Below, piece by piece: positions 1 through 12,300 of a DNA stretch of 20,000 nucleotides. The position numbers and the translations under genes are program-made. Location: positions 750,191 through 770,190 of the forward strand of contig CT868429.1 of NCBI GenBank assembly GCA_000165425.1, in the 5' to 3' direction. The stretch's first letter is position 1, and every line of letters begins with the position of its first letter. Below the pieces are notes generated by a model that ran no database searches, was not told where the DNA came from, and saw nothing but the letters and a program-made list of their open reading frames with translations. Source of the stretch: Paramecium tetraurelia. Lineage: Eukaryota.

Positions 1-1
1 T

Positions 2-301
2 GATTACAGAAAATCAGAAGGAGAGAAGACAAGTACACATAATCACAATATTTTAGCATTATTGCAATATCACAGCACAAAGGGTTCGTTTGCATTTGTT
101 TAATTAAGACAAAGCGAAAGAGATGGCTTGTTACAATAATGGAGACAATATGGTCAAAATATATTGGATGGTTAATTGAATCTATTGGATGCTGCCTCAA
201 CAAAAGAAGATGCAGATGAATGTTGCGATAAAATTGAGGACTTAATCAATAAGCTCTTAAGCGAAAGAGAATAAATAAAAGAGCAATGCAAACAACCATC
301 A
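2..301 (+). CDS. Exon (5'-truncated by window edge): non-repetitive, helical/coiled-coil-like segment of the giant protein
   Basis: Frame 2 is open in code 6: DYRKSEGEKTSTHNHNILALLQYHSTKGSFAFVQLRQSERDGLLQQWRQYGQNILDGQLNLLDAASTKEDADECCDKIEDLINKLLSEREQIKEQCKQPS. It ends at a GTA donor at 302 and splices in frame to 328. Confidence 0.75.
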
Positions 302-3300
302 GTAATTTATTTAAGTAATCCATCTAGATAACAATCAACATCATCAATTCCAAATCAACTGATGTTCAAAAGAGAGTTGAGTCTTGTTCCAAGGATGGAA
401 TCATCATAAACACAGACGATGACAAGAAAATCATCATCAGACCTGGAGATGGAAGTGCACCAGAATCTGAAGAAGAGCCCGTTAGTGCCTCAGCATTGGT
501 GAGTTCATCCGACTCCGAAGATGATGAGGACACCGTTAATAAGAAACAACCCTCAGATTACACTAACGATAAACCTATCAGAACTGCTGAAGTTGACAAC
601 GAGGAAGAAGAAGGAACAGAAGATTTGGTTGAATATGGTTATGGATATTGGGCTAGATTTATGTTGGCCTATCCAAAGTTCATGCCTAAAGGTAAGGATG
701 CACCTTGGTACTTTGTGTCAAGATTGTCCTCTAACAAAAATACAGATAATATCAACATGGGAGACAGACTCTTGGCTATTTGGTTAGGCAAAGGATACTA
801 TCATTTCACCACATGTGACAAACCTTAAAATCAACCCAATATTGCTAAGAATGTGGATTATCCTGAAAATTTGGATGGCGTTTGGACTTACATCTACTAT
901 TCATACAGTTCAGAGAAGAAAAAGGCTGTTGCTTACATTAAATTTGGAGAAAACGACTTTAAGAAGGTAGAGCATGAGGTTACACATCCAACAACAAAGT
1001 TCGTTAGATTCACTGTTGGTGGCACAGATGAAAAGAGATACCCAGGATTCAATGGTTTATTGAGTGCCATCTACTTCAGTGCTAAGAGAGGAGTCTTCAT
1101 TGATAATGATGAAGACATTCAAGCAAAATTACAGTCCATGAAGAAAATTCCTAAGGACTTTATTCCTGACATCGTCACTTACAAAGTCACAACCAATCCC
1201 ATCACAAGAAAACCAGAAGACAGAGAAGTACATTAAATAGTTGGTACCACTTCAACTCCTAAATTCCCTCATGAATATGGCATTAGTGGATGGTTCAAAT
1301 GGACACCAACTGATAAACAATAAGATTGGCACAACATCTTCAGAGTTTAGATTCAAACTCCATCAACTGACAAATTCCTAGGAGACAGAACCTTATCAGC
1401 TTGGGTTGGAAAATAAGATGGAGGCATCATTCATTTACCTACCTACACTCTTACTGACCTTGAAGGTAATGGGAATGCAAATCTCTTCAAGAATGTTCCT
1501 CACAAAAATAGACATAATCAATGGTTCTTTGTTTACTTTGGATATTCTAGACCATAATAGAAGGCTAAGGCTTACATCAGATGGACAGATTCAGAAGATC
1601 ATTAAGAATATGAAAATGTTAGACATTTCACTGTTCCCAAATATTACATCTTTGTTGGAAAAGATAAGCACTTCCCAGGATTCAGCGGAGACGTTGCTTT
1701 GGTGGCATTCAATATTGGAGAAGGTGCATTTAGACCAGGAAATGATTTCAAAGCCAAGAACGATGCTTTCAATGCAGTGGTTGGATAAAAACAATTGTTA
1801 GGAAAATAACCAGATGGCAAAGTTAAAGAGAAGGAGGATGAAGATGATGACGATGGTATTACTACTCCAAGTTCTACTGATGACAATAAGCCTAAAATTG
1901 ATGAGACCAAAGAATCTGAAGAAGAGTTAGTTGAATATGGTTATGGATTTTGGGCTAGATTCTTAAGTGCCTATCCAGTTAGATTACTTAACGGAAAGAA
2001 TGCTCCATGGTATTTCGTATCCAGATTGACATCCAACCAAAACTATGGAAATATTGCCATGGGAGATAGAACTTTAGCTACTTGGTTAGGACAAGGATAT
2101 TATCACTTTACTACATGTGATAAGAAATCAAACAATCCAAACGTTATTTAAAACATCAATTACCCCAATGACATCGAAGGTGTCTGGACATACATCTACT
2201 ACTCCTACAGTGCCTAAGAAAATAAGGCTATTGCATTCATTAAATATGGAGATCTAGAACCAAGATCAATCATCCATAATGTCAATCACCCAACTACTAA
2301 ATATGTTAGATTCATCTTAGGTGGAAAAGACAGCAATAGATATCCAGGATTTAATGGTTTGTTCAGTTAAATTGTTTTCTCTGCAAAAGAAGGAGCCTTC
2401 CTTGATACCTTGGATGATTTCAAAGATCACATCTCTAGAACAATTATCCCAGTTCATGATTTGGACAGATTATACAAACATGAATTGGTTGAAGATACTA
2501 TTTCAAGAAAAGTCAATGAAAACCCAATTTATGATGAATTAGGTGGTGGAGCTTAGAAATTCCCACATGAGTATGCTATCAGTGGTTGGTTCAAATGGGA
2601 ACAAACTTAATAATAAGTTTGGCACAATGTTTTCAGAGTTCAAATTAATAAAACCATCTACTGATAGATTCTTGGGAGACAGAACTCTTTCCTTTTGGAT
2701 TGGTACAGCATAAGGAGGTATTTTCCATTTCCCAACCTACACATACACCAACATGAATGGAGCTGGTAATCCCAATATGGTCAGCAATATCGTTCATAAG
2801 AATAGACATTTGGAATGGTTCTTTGTTTACTTTGGATACTCTAAAAATGAGAGAAAAGGATTTGTAGGTGTGAAATTCACTGGAGGTATTGAAACTATTG
2901 AATACAACAATGTCAATCATTATTACACTCCTTACTTCTACACATTTGTTGGAAAGGATAAGCAATTCCCAGGATTTAATGGTAAAATTGGATATGTCAA
3001 CTTTGCTTTGGGAAGTGGCACTTTCAGAAAGACCCCAGATTTCAAACACCCTAATGATGTCTTCGGATTCGATAAAGGAGAATCAACTCTCCTAAAGAAA
3101 CCAGAGTCAAAGAAACCATAACCTATCACAGATGAAACTGGTGAAAAGTAATTACCAAATGCTCACAATGAAAATAGTCCTAAAGTGATCAAAGAATTCA
3201 GATCTGATGTTGCCTTCACTGAATATGGTTACGGATTTTGGGCAAGATTCTTAACTGCTTACCCTGTCAAATTACCAAATGGTAAGAATGCCCCATGGTA

Positions 3301-6300
3301 CTTTATGGCTAGATTGACACAACATGAAAATTATGACAATATCAGAATGGGAGACAGAATCTTGGCAATCTGGTAAGGACAAGGATATTATCATTTCACT
3401 ACCAACAATGTTCAACCAGCCAATCCAAATGTGATCAGAAATATCAACTACCCATCTGATATTGAAGGTCTTTGGACACATTTCTATTTCTCTTACTCAA
3501 ATACAGGAAAGGCTGTTGCAATTGTCAAATTTGGTGACTTGGATCCAGTGTCAGCCGAATTCCCTGTAAAACACCCTGATTTGAAATATCTTAAATTTAT
3601 TTTGGGTGGAAAAGATTAAAATAGATACCCAGGTTTCAACGGACAATTCACCTAAGTAGTCTACTCAACTTCAGTGGGTGCATTCATTGATTCTGTTGAT
3701 AGTCACAAAAAGTTCTTTGCTGATAAGGCATCTCCACTCAAAGGAGGAAAGGTACCACTTTCAACTACAAGAATCATTGATTCCCAAGTTGATAGACAAG
3801 CTAACTCAGATCCAACCAAGACAACAGTCGACACCGTGTTCCCTAAAGAATATGCCTTCTCTGGTTGGTTCAAATGGTCATAACCTACTCCATAATAAGC
3901 TTGGCACAATCTTTTCAGAGTCTAAATTTCTTAACCATCAACAGACAGAAATTTAGGAGATAGAACTTTGGCTGGTTGGGTAGGAAATGGAGGAATCATT
4001 CATTTGACCACATACTCATACAGAAATATGAATGGAGCTGGACCAAATAATTTGCCATAAGATATTCCACACAAGAATAGACACTTCGATTGGTTCTTTG
4101 TTTACTTTGGATACAACAAAAACGATAAGCAAGGATATGCTTATATCAAATGGAAGGACTCAGATGACAACTTAGACTTCAAAGACATTAACCATTACTT
4201 TGCTAATAGATATTATGTCTTCACTGGTAGAGATGCTTAATTCCCAGGATTTAATGGAAAAGTCGCCTACGTTTCATTCAATGTAGGAGAGGGTGCCTCA
4301 AGAAGAGGAAGTGACTTCAGTCATCCAGATGATGCATTCAGATTTGATAAAGCTGGTTAATTGATTCCAAAAGTAGACCCATCCAAACCAAAGGTTGATG
4401 AGAATACAGTTCATGTCAACAAGGTTGATAACAATTCACCAAGAGTTGATGATGTTTTGAGATCTAACGATAATTTAGTTGAATATGGTTACGGATTTTG
4501 GGCTAGATTCTTAACAGCTTATCCAGTGAGATTGATATACGGAAAGAATCAACCATGGTACTTTGTCTCAAGATTGACCACTAATGAAGATTATGATAAT
4601 GTGAGAATGGGAGACAGAGCATTGGCTATCTGGTAAGGATAAGGATACTATCATTTCACAACTTGCAATAAACAAAATGGAGCAGTCAATGTTATCCAAA
4701 ATATCAACTACCCCAATGATATTGAAGGAGTTTGGACATACATTTACTATTCCTACAGTGCTGAAAAGAAGAAGGCTGTTGCATTCATCAAATATGGATC
4801 AGAAGACTTTAAATCCATCACTCATTAAGTTGTTCACCCAACCACACAAAGTGTTAGATTTATTTTGGGAGGCATGGATGAGAAGAGATACCCAGCCTTT
4901 AATGGTGTTTTCACTAAAGTTGTTTACTCACATCAAGTTTGGAGTTTTTGTTGATTCAGTCGATAAATTATAGGCAGGTGTCATTCCATAAGTTCCAGTT
5001 GACTTAAGCAATACCAAGATAATTGAAAACCCAATTGAGAGATCAGTTTAAGTTGCTCCAACTGAAACCACAGTCGGCAAAGATGAAGAATTACCAAAAT
5101 TACCCTAAGAATATGGCCTAAGCGGATGGTTCAGATGGACAAATACCTAATAATAAGTTTGGCATAACATTTTCAGAGTATCTATCAACACTCCAGCTAG
5201 TGACAGATTTTTGGGAGATAGAACACTCTCTCTATGGTTAGGTAATCAATAAGGTGGTATCTTGCATTTCCCTACTTATACTTACGTCAATATGAATGGT
5301 GCAGGAAACCCTAATGTTGTTTAAAATATTCAACATAAAAACAGACACAATAATTGGTTCTTTGTTTACTATGGCTATTCAAAGGTTAATAGACAAGCCT
5401 ATGCTTATGTTAAATGGACAGATAGTGAAGATTCATTGAACTATGACAACATTAACCATTACTTTGCACCAAAATTCTTTATCTCAGTTGGAAAAGATAA
5501 GTTCTTCCCAGGATTCAATGGATTTGTTGCATTTGTTAATTTCAATCTTGGAAAAGGAAGCTACAGAAAAGGTAATGATTTCACTCATGATAATGATTTC
5601 TTCGGATTTTCAACTGGTAAAGATAAATTGTTCCAACCACCTAAATAAGATGCTCTCCCAGAGGTTGAAAAAACAGTTCTTGCAAGTAAGACATCAGAAG
5701 ATGCTCCAAAAGTCGATAGAGTTAGTCCTTAAGGCACAGATAATTTATTAGAATATGGTTATGGATTTTGGTTAAGATATTTAACAACTTATCCAGAAAG
5801 ATAAGTCAATGGTAAGAATCAACCATGGTACTTCGTATCAAGATTGACTTGGAACAAGGAATATGATAATATCAGAATGGGAGACAGAACCTTAGCTGTC
5901 TGGTAAGGATAAGGATTCTATCACTTCACAACCTGCAATATCTAGAACAACAATGTCAATGTGATCAAGAATGTAGATTATCCAGATGACATTGAAGGTC
6001 TTTGGACTTTTATTTACTATTCCTACAGCAAGAATGAAAACAGAGCCAAAGCCTTTATTAAGTATGGGGATGGCAATTTCTAAGAAGTTGATCACTAAGT
6101 CACTCATTAACCAACTTAAATTGTTAGATTCATTTTGGGAGGTACAGATGAAAAGAGATACCCAGCTTTCAATGGTTTATTCACTTAAGTCTATTTCAAC
6201 GCCAAAGTTGGTGCTTACATTGGCAGTGCAGATGCAGCTAAGAAGTTTGTTAATGAATTGTCACCTATTCCAAGAATCAGAGTCACTAATTTGATTAGTA

Positions 6301-9300
6301 AACCTATTGTGTCAGATGAAATTGAAAGATAAGTTACAGACAAACCAACTGATGCTATTGTTGAAGAATAAAATCTACCAGATGAATACGGAATATCAGG
6401 TTGGTTCAAATGGAACGAAGTAGCCTAATAACCATGGCATAACATTTTCAGAGTTCAAATCAAGACTCCATCAACCGATGCATTCCTTGGAGATAGAACT
6501 CTTTCTTTATGGTTAGGAACTCCTGAAGGTGGTATCTTACACATGCCAACCTACTCATACACAAATATGAATGGAGCTGGTAATACCAATTATTGGAAGA
6601 ACATTTAACATAAAGAAAGACACACTAAATGGTTCTTCGTTTACTTTGGATATTCAAAACCCAAGGCTTAAGCTTATGCCTATGTTAAATGGACTGATTC
6701 TGAAGATTCTAACACCTATGATAAAGCTAATCACTATTACTCAGCAGTTTATTACATCTTTGTTGGTAAAGATCCACATTTCCCAGGATTCAATGGTAAA
6801 TTAAATTAAGTCACCTTTAATATTGGTGATGGATCATTCAGAACTGGAAATGATTTCACCCATCATAAGGATGTCTTTGGTTTCACTACTGGTTTAGATA
6901 AATACACAAAGAAAGCAGATGCTCCTTCAGTCAGACCAGGTGAAAAGGTATTAGAAAGTGCTGAAAATTCCAAGCCCCCTGTTTTAGATAAAGATGCTAA
7001 TTCTGATAAGAATTTAGAAACTTATGGTTACGGGTATTGGTTAAGATATTTGACTGCTCATCCATTTAGACAACTAAGTGGCAAGAATCAACCATGGTAC
7101 TTTGTATCTAGATTGACATGGAATAAGGAATATGATAATATCAGAATGGGAGACAGAGCTTTGGCTATCTGGTAAGGTTAAGGATACTATCATTTCACTG
7201 CATGCAATTCAAAGACTGGTAATGTGAACTAAATTCTCAACATTGATTATCCAGCTGACATCGAAGGATTATGGACATATGTCTATTATTCATTCAGCGT
7301 TGAGGAAAACTAAGCTGTTGGTTTTATCTAATTTGGTGAATCTGAACCTAAGCAAATTGTTCACAAAACATCACATGCTGCCACAAAATACGTCAGATTT
7401 TTATTGGGTGGTACTGATGAAAATAGATACCCTGCTTTCAATGGTCTATTCGCTGCAGTTTCATTCTAAACCCAAAATGCCTATATTGGAACAGTAGATG
7501 GATTCAAGAAATTAATTGCTTCAATCCCTATGCCTTCTCAAGGACTTAGAGATTTAACAACTTACAAATTAAGCGAAGTCATCACAAGAACACCAACTGA
7601 CGAAATCTCTAAAGAAGCCACTGTTGGAGGCGGCAAGGAACAATTCCCATCTGAATATGCTATTAGTGGATGGTTCTAATGGAAACCAATTGCCCAACAA
7701 CCATGGCATAACCTCTTCAGAGTTACTCTTAAATAACCATCAACTGATAATTTCTTGGGTGACAGAACATTGACACTATGGGTTGGTACTCCAGAAGGAG
7801 GTATCTTACATTTCCCAACATATACATATGCAAATATGGTTGGAGGAGGAAATAACAATTACTGGAAGAATATTGTTCACAAGAATAGAATCAGAGAGTG
7901 GTTCTTTGTTTACTTCGGATACTCAAAGTCTAAAGCTCAAGCTAACGTTTATGTCAAATGGACTGATTCTGAAGATTCCTTATCATACGATAAAGCCAAT
8001 CATTACTATGCACCATAATTATACGTATTTTTGGGAAGAGACAAGCATTTCCCAGGACACAGTGGTAAAATTGCTTACATGAGATTTAATTTGGGTAATG
8101 GAGCTCATATTGATAATAACAAGTTTGATCATCCATAGGATGTAATTTGCATTTAAAGAAGGAACAGATAGATTATTCAAAAAAGATGAGTAACTCCTAC
8201 CAGATGAACCAACCAAGGATGTGTTTGAAAATGGATTTGAATAGAAAAAACCAGTTATTAATAAGGAAAGCCCATCTGAAAATGCCCTTGAAGAATATGG
8301 TTATGGTTTCTGGATGAGATTCTTGACTTCATATCCTTAAAGATTACCAAGTGGTAAGAATCAACCATGGTACTTCGTATCTAGATTGACATGGAATAAG
8401 GAATACGATAATATTAGAATGGGAGACAGAACCCTCGCTATTTGGTAAGGATAAGGGTACTATCACTTCACAACTTGCAACTCAGTAGACAATAATCCAA
8501 ACTACATTTAAAACAATAACTACCCAGAAGATATTGAAGGACTTTGGACCTATGTCTATTATTCATACAGTGATAACAAGAATAGAGCAGTTGGTTTTAT
8601 TAAATATGGAAATCAAGACTTCCAATCAATCAAACATGATACAACTCATGCAACTACAAAATATGTTAGATTCATATTAGGAGGTAATGACGAGGGTAGA
8701 TATCCTGGATTCAATGGTTTATTCGCATCTGTTACCTTTGGCACAACAAGAGGAACTTTCATTGATAGCGTTGATTAAGTGAAGAACTATTTGGCTAAAG
8801 TTGGCACACCTGCTTCTGAATTACCTGATTTATTCAACTACAAGATTGTCGATTCCATTTAGAGCAGAGCAGCTAATGATGAACCAGTATATAAAGTGGT
8901 TGGAAAAGATAATGAAAAATTCCCTCATGAATATGCAATTAGTGGATGGTTCAAGTGGTAACCAACAGCCTAATAACCATGGCATAACCTCTTCAGAGTT
9001 CAAATCAAGACCCCATCAACTGATGCATTCCTAGGAGATAGAACTTTGACATGTTGGGTTGGTACAGCTGAAGGTGGTATCTTACACATGCCAACATACT
9101 CATACACAAATATGAATGGAGCTGGTAACACCAATTATTGGAAGAATATTTAACATAAAGATAGACACACCAAATGGTTCTGGGTCTACTTTGGCTATTC
9201 AAAACCCAAGGCTTAAGCTTATGCCTTTGTTAAATGGACCGATTCTGAAGATTCTAATACCTATGATAAAGCCAATCATTACTTTGCACCAGAATTCCAC

Positions 9301-12300
9301 ATTTATGCTGGAAGAGATAAGCATTATCCAGGACACAGCGGAGTTCTAGCTCATGTTTAATTCAATCTTGGAAAGGATGCTTTCAGAACAGGATCAGATT
9401 TCAATCACCAAAATGATGTCTTTGGATTTGGAAAAGGAAAGGAGCTTGTTAAAGGACCTGCTGAGTTTAAACCAAAGGAAGCTGATAACACTATATTAAC
9501 AAATGCTGCCAGTTAAGCTAAGCCAGTGATCGACTAAGAAGCCAAATCAGATGCTCCATTTGAACAATATGGATATGGATTCTGGTTGAGATTTTTGACA
9601 GCTCACCCTGAAAGATTAATAAATGGCAAGAATCAACCATGGTACTTTGTTTCTAGATTGACATAATTTGAGAAATATGATAACATTAGATTGGGAGACA
9701 GAACTCTTGCTATTTGGTAAGGATAAGGATACTATCATTTCACAACATGCAGCATTGCACCATAAAATCCAAATTTAATCTAAAACATTGATTACCCTGC
9801 TGACATTGAAGGTTTATGGACATATATTTACTATTCATACAGTGCTGACAGCAATAAAGCAGTTGCATTCATTAAATATGGAGATTAGGAAATTAAATCA
9901 ATCACTCACAAGACAACTCATGAAGCAGTTAAATATTTGAGATTCATTTTGGGAGGTAATGATGCTAATAGATATCCTGGATTCAATGGACAATTCACTT
10001 AAGTCACTTTCTCAACAGATGGAGCCTTTGTTGATGATTCAGCCAAGATCAATGCCTACATTAAAAACAACAAAGCACCTTCAGTCGTTGTTGCATTACA
10101 AACCTACAAATTGGTAGAGGATGCTATTACCAGAGATCAAAATGTAGAACCTCTTGAAAAGACTGTTCAAGTTGGATTACCATTAGAATATGCAATCAGT
10201 GGTTGGGTGAAATGGAAACCAACAGCCTAAGCACCTTGGCACAATCTCTTCAGAGTTAGCTTGAAAACTCCATCAACTGATGCATTCCTAGGAGATAGAA
10301 CATTGACATGCTGGATTGGTACTGCAGAAGGTGGTATCTTACATATGCCAACTTACACATACACCAATATGAATGGAGGAGGTAACAACAACTACTGGAA
10401 GAACATTCAACACAAAGGAAAAATCAATGAATGGTTCTACATTTACTATGGATATTCCAAGATTTCAAGAAAGGCATATGCCTTTGTTAAATGGACTGAA
10501 GGAGAGGACTCTTTGAACTTCGATGACGTCAATCATTATCTTGCATAAACACTATACTTATTTGTTGGAAGAGATAAGCATTACCCAGGACACAGTGGTA
10601 AAATTGGTTACTTCAACTTCAATGCAGGTGAAGGATCATTTGTAACAGGAAATAAGTTTGATCATCCAAAGGATATCTTCGGATTTTCAATTGGATCAGA
10701 CAAATTGTTAACTCAAAAAGATACTGAATTAAAACCAGGAGTTCCAGTTACTGAACAATTGCCCAATGGATCAGAAGACAAGAAGCCAGTCATTGAGAAG
10801 GACTTGAATGCAGATCAAAATCTAGAAGAATATGGTTATGGATTCTGGATGAGGTTCTTAACAGCCTACCCTGCAAGATTGATATCAGGAAAGAATCAAC
10901 CATGGTACTTTGTTTCAAGATTGACTCAACATGATCAATATGACAATATCAGAATGGGAGATAGAACATTGGCTATATGGTAAGGACAAGGATTCTACCA
11001 CTTCACAACTTGCAATTCAGTCAACAACAATCCAAATGTCATCCAAAACGTTGATTATCCAGCTGATATTGAAGGATTATGGACATATGTCTATTACTCA
11101 TACAGTGATGATAAAGCAAGAGCAGTAGGACTCATCAAATATGGAAATGATGATATCAAGGCAATTCGTCATGATGTTACTCATCCTGGAACCAAACATG
11201 TCAAATTCATTTTGGGTGGTAACGATGCAGGTAGATATCCAGGATTCAATGGTATTTTCACTTAAGTCACATTCAGTGCTGCACCTGGAGCTTTCATTGA
11301 TTCTCCTGACAAATTAAAACCACATTTGGATAAGATTGGAACACCAAATTCAGTGATTAGTGAATTGACTAATACAGTTCTTGTGGACTCTTAAATTGCT
11401 AGAGACAAAGGAACAGATCCTATTGAAAAGACAGTTGGAAGTGAGACCACAAGATTCCCACATGAATATGCAATCAGTGGTTGGTTCAAATGGACACCTA
11501 CTGCACAAGAAGCTTGGCATAATGTTTTCAGAGTCACTCTCAAAACACCTTCAACAGATGCTTTCTTGGGAGATAGAACCTTAACCTGTTGGGTTGGTAC
11601 ACCAGAAGGAGGTATTTTACACTTGCCAACCTATACTTATGCAAATATGAATGGAGCTGGAAATACAAACCTTTGGAAGAACATCCCACACAAAGAAAGA
11701 CACACTAAGTGGTTCTTCTTGTATTTCGGATACACAAAGTTACAATAGAAGGCTTACTCCTATGTTAAGTGGACTGATGGAGAAGACAGTTTGAAGTATG
11801 ACAATGTTAACCATTACTTGGCACCTCAATTCTTTGTATTTGTTGGTAGAGATAAGCACTTCCCAGGATTCAGTGGTAAATTGGCTTACGTCAACTTTAA
11901 TGTTGGAGCAGGATCATTCAGAGGAGAGAACGACTTCAAGCATCCTAAAGATGTATTTGGCTTTGAAATTGGATAGAGCAAATTATTGGACTCAAAGAAA
12001 GGGGACTTCAATCCAAGGGAATTACAAAAGGGTACAAATCTAGAGAATGCCTTTGAAAATGATAAGCCAACAATTGAAAAAGACGAATAATCAGGAGAGT
12101 TGCCATTTGAAGAGTATGGTTATGGATTCTGGATGAGATTCTTGACTACCTATCCAAAGAGATTAATAAGTGGAAAGAATGCTCCTTGGTACTTCTTGTC
12201 AAGATTGACATACAATGAGAAATATTAAGATATTGCTATGGGAGACAGAACATTAGCCATTTGGTAAGGATAAGGATTCTATCATTTCACAACTTGCAGT

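Noticed and set aside
2650..2664. Euplotes-type programmed +1 frameshift
   Set aside because: That mechanism needs AAA followed directly by a TAA/TAG stop in a code where these are stops. Here TAA/TAG are Gln, AAA is followed by ACC, and the four sites share no common motif.
8142..8171. Intron starting GTAATTT at 8142
   Set aside because: Available acceptors give 17, 20, 26 or 30 nt, none of which restores the frame. The sequence is also homologous to coding DVFxF of other units.
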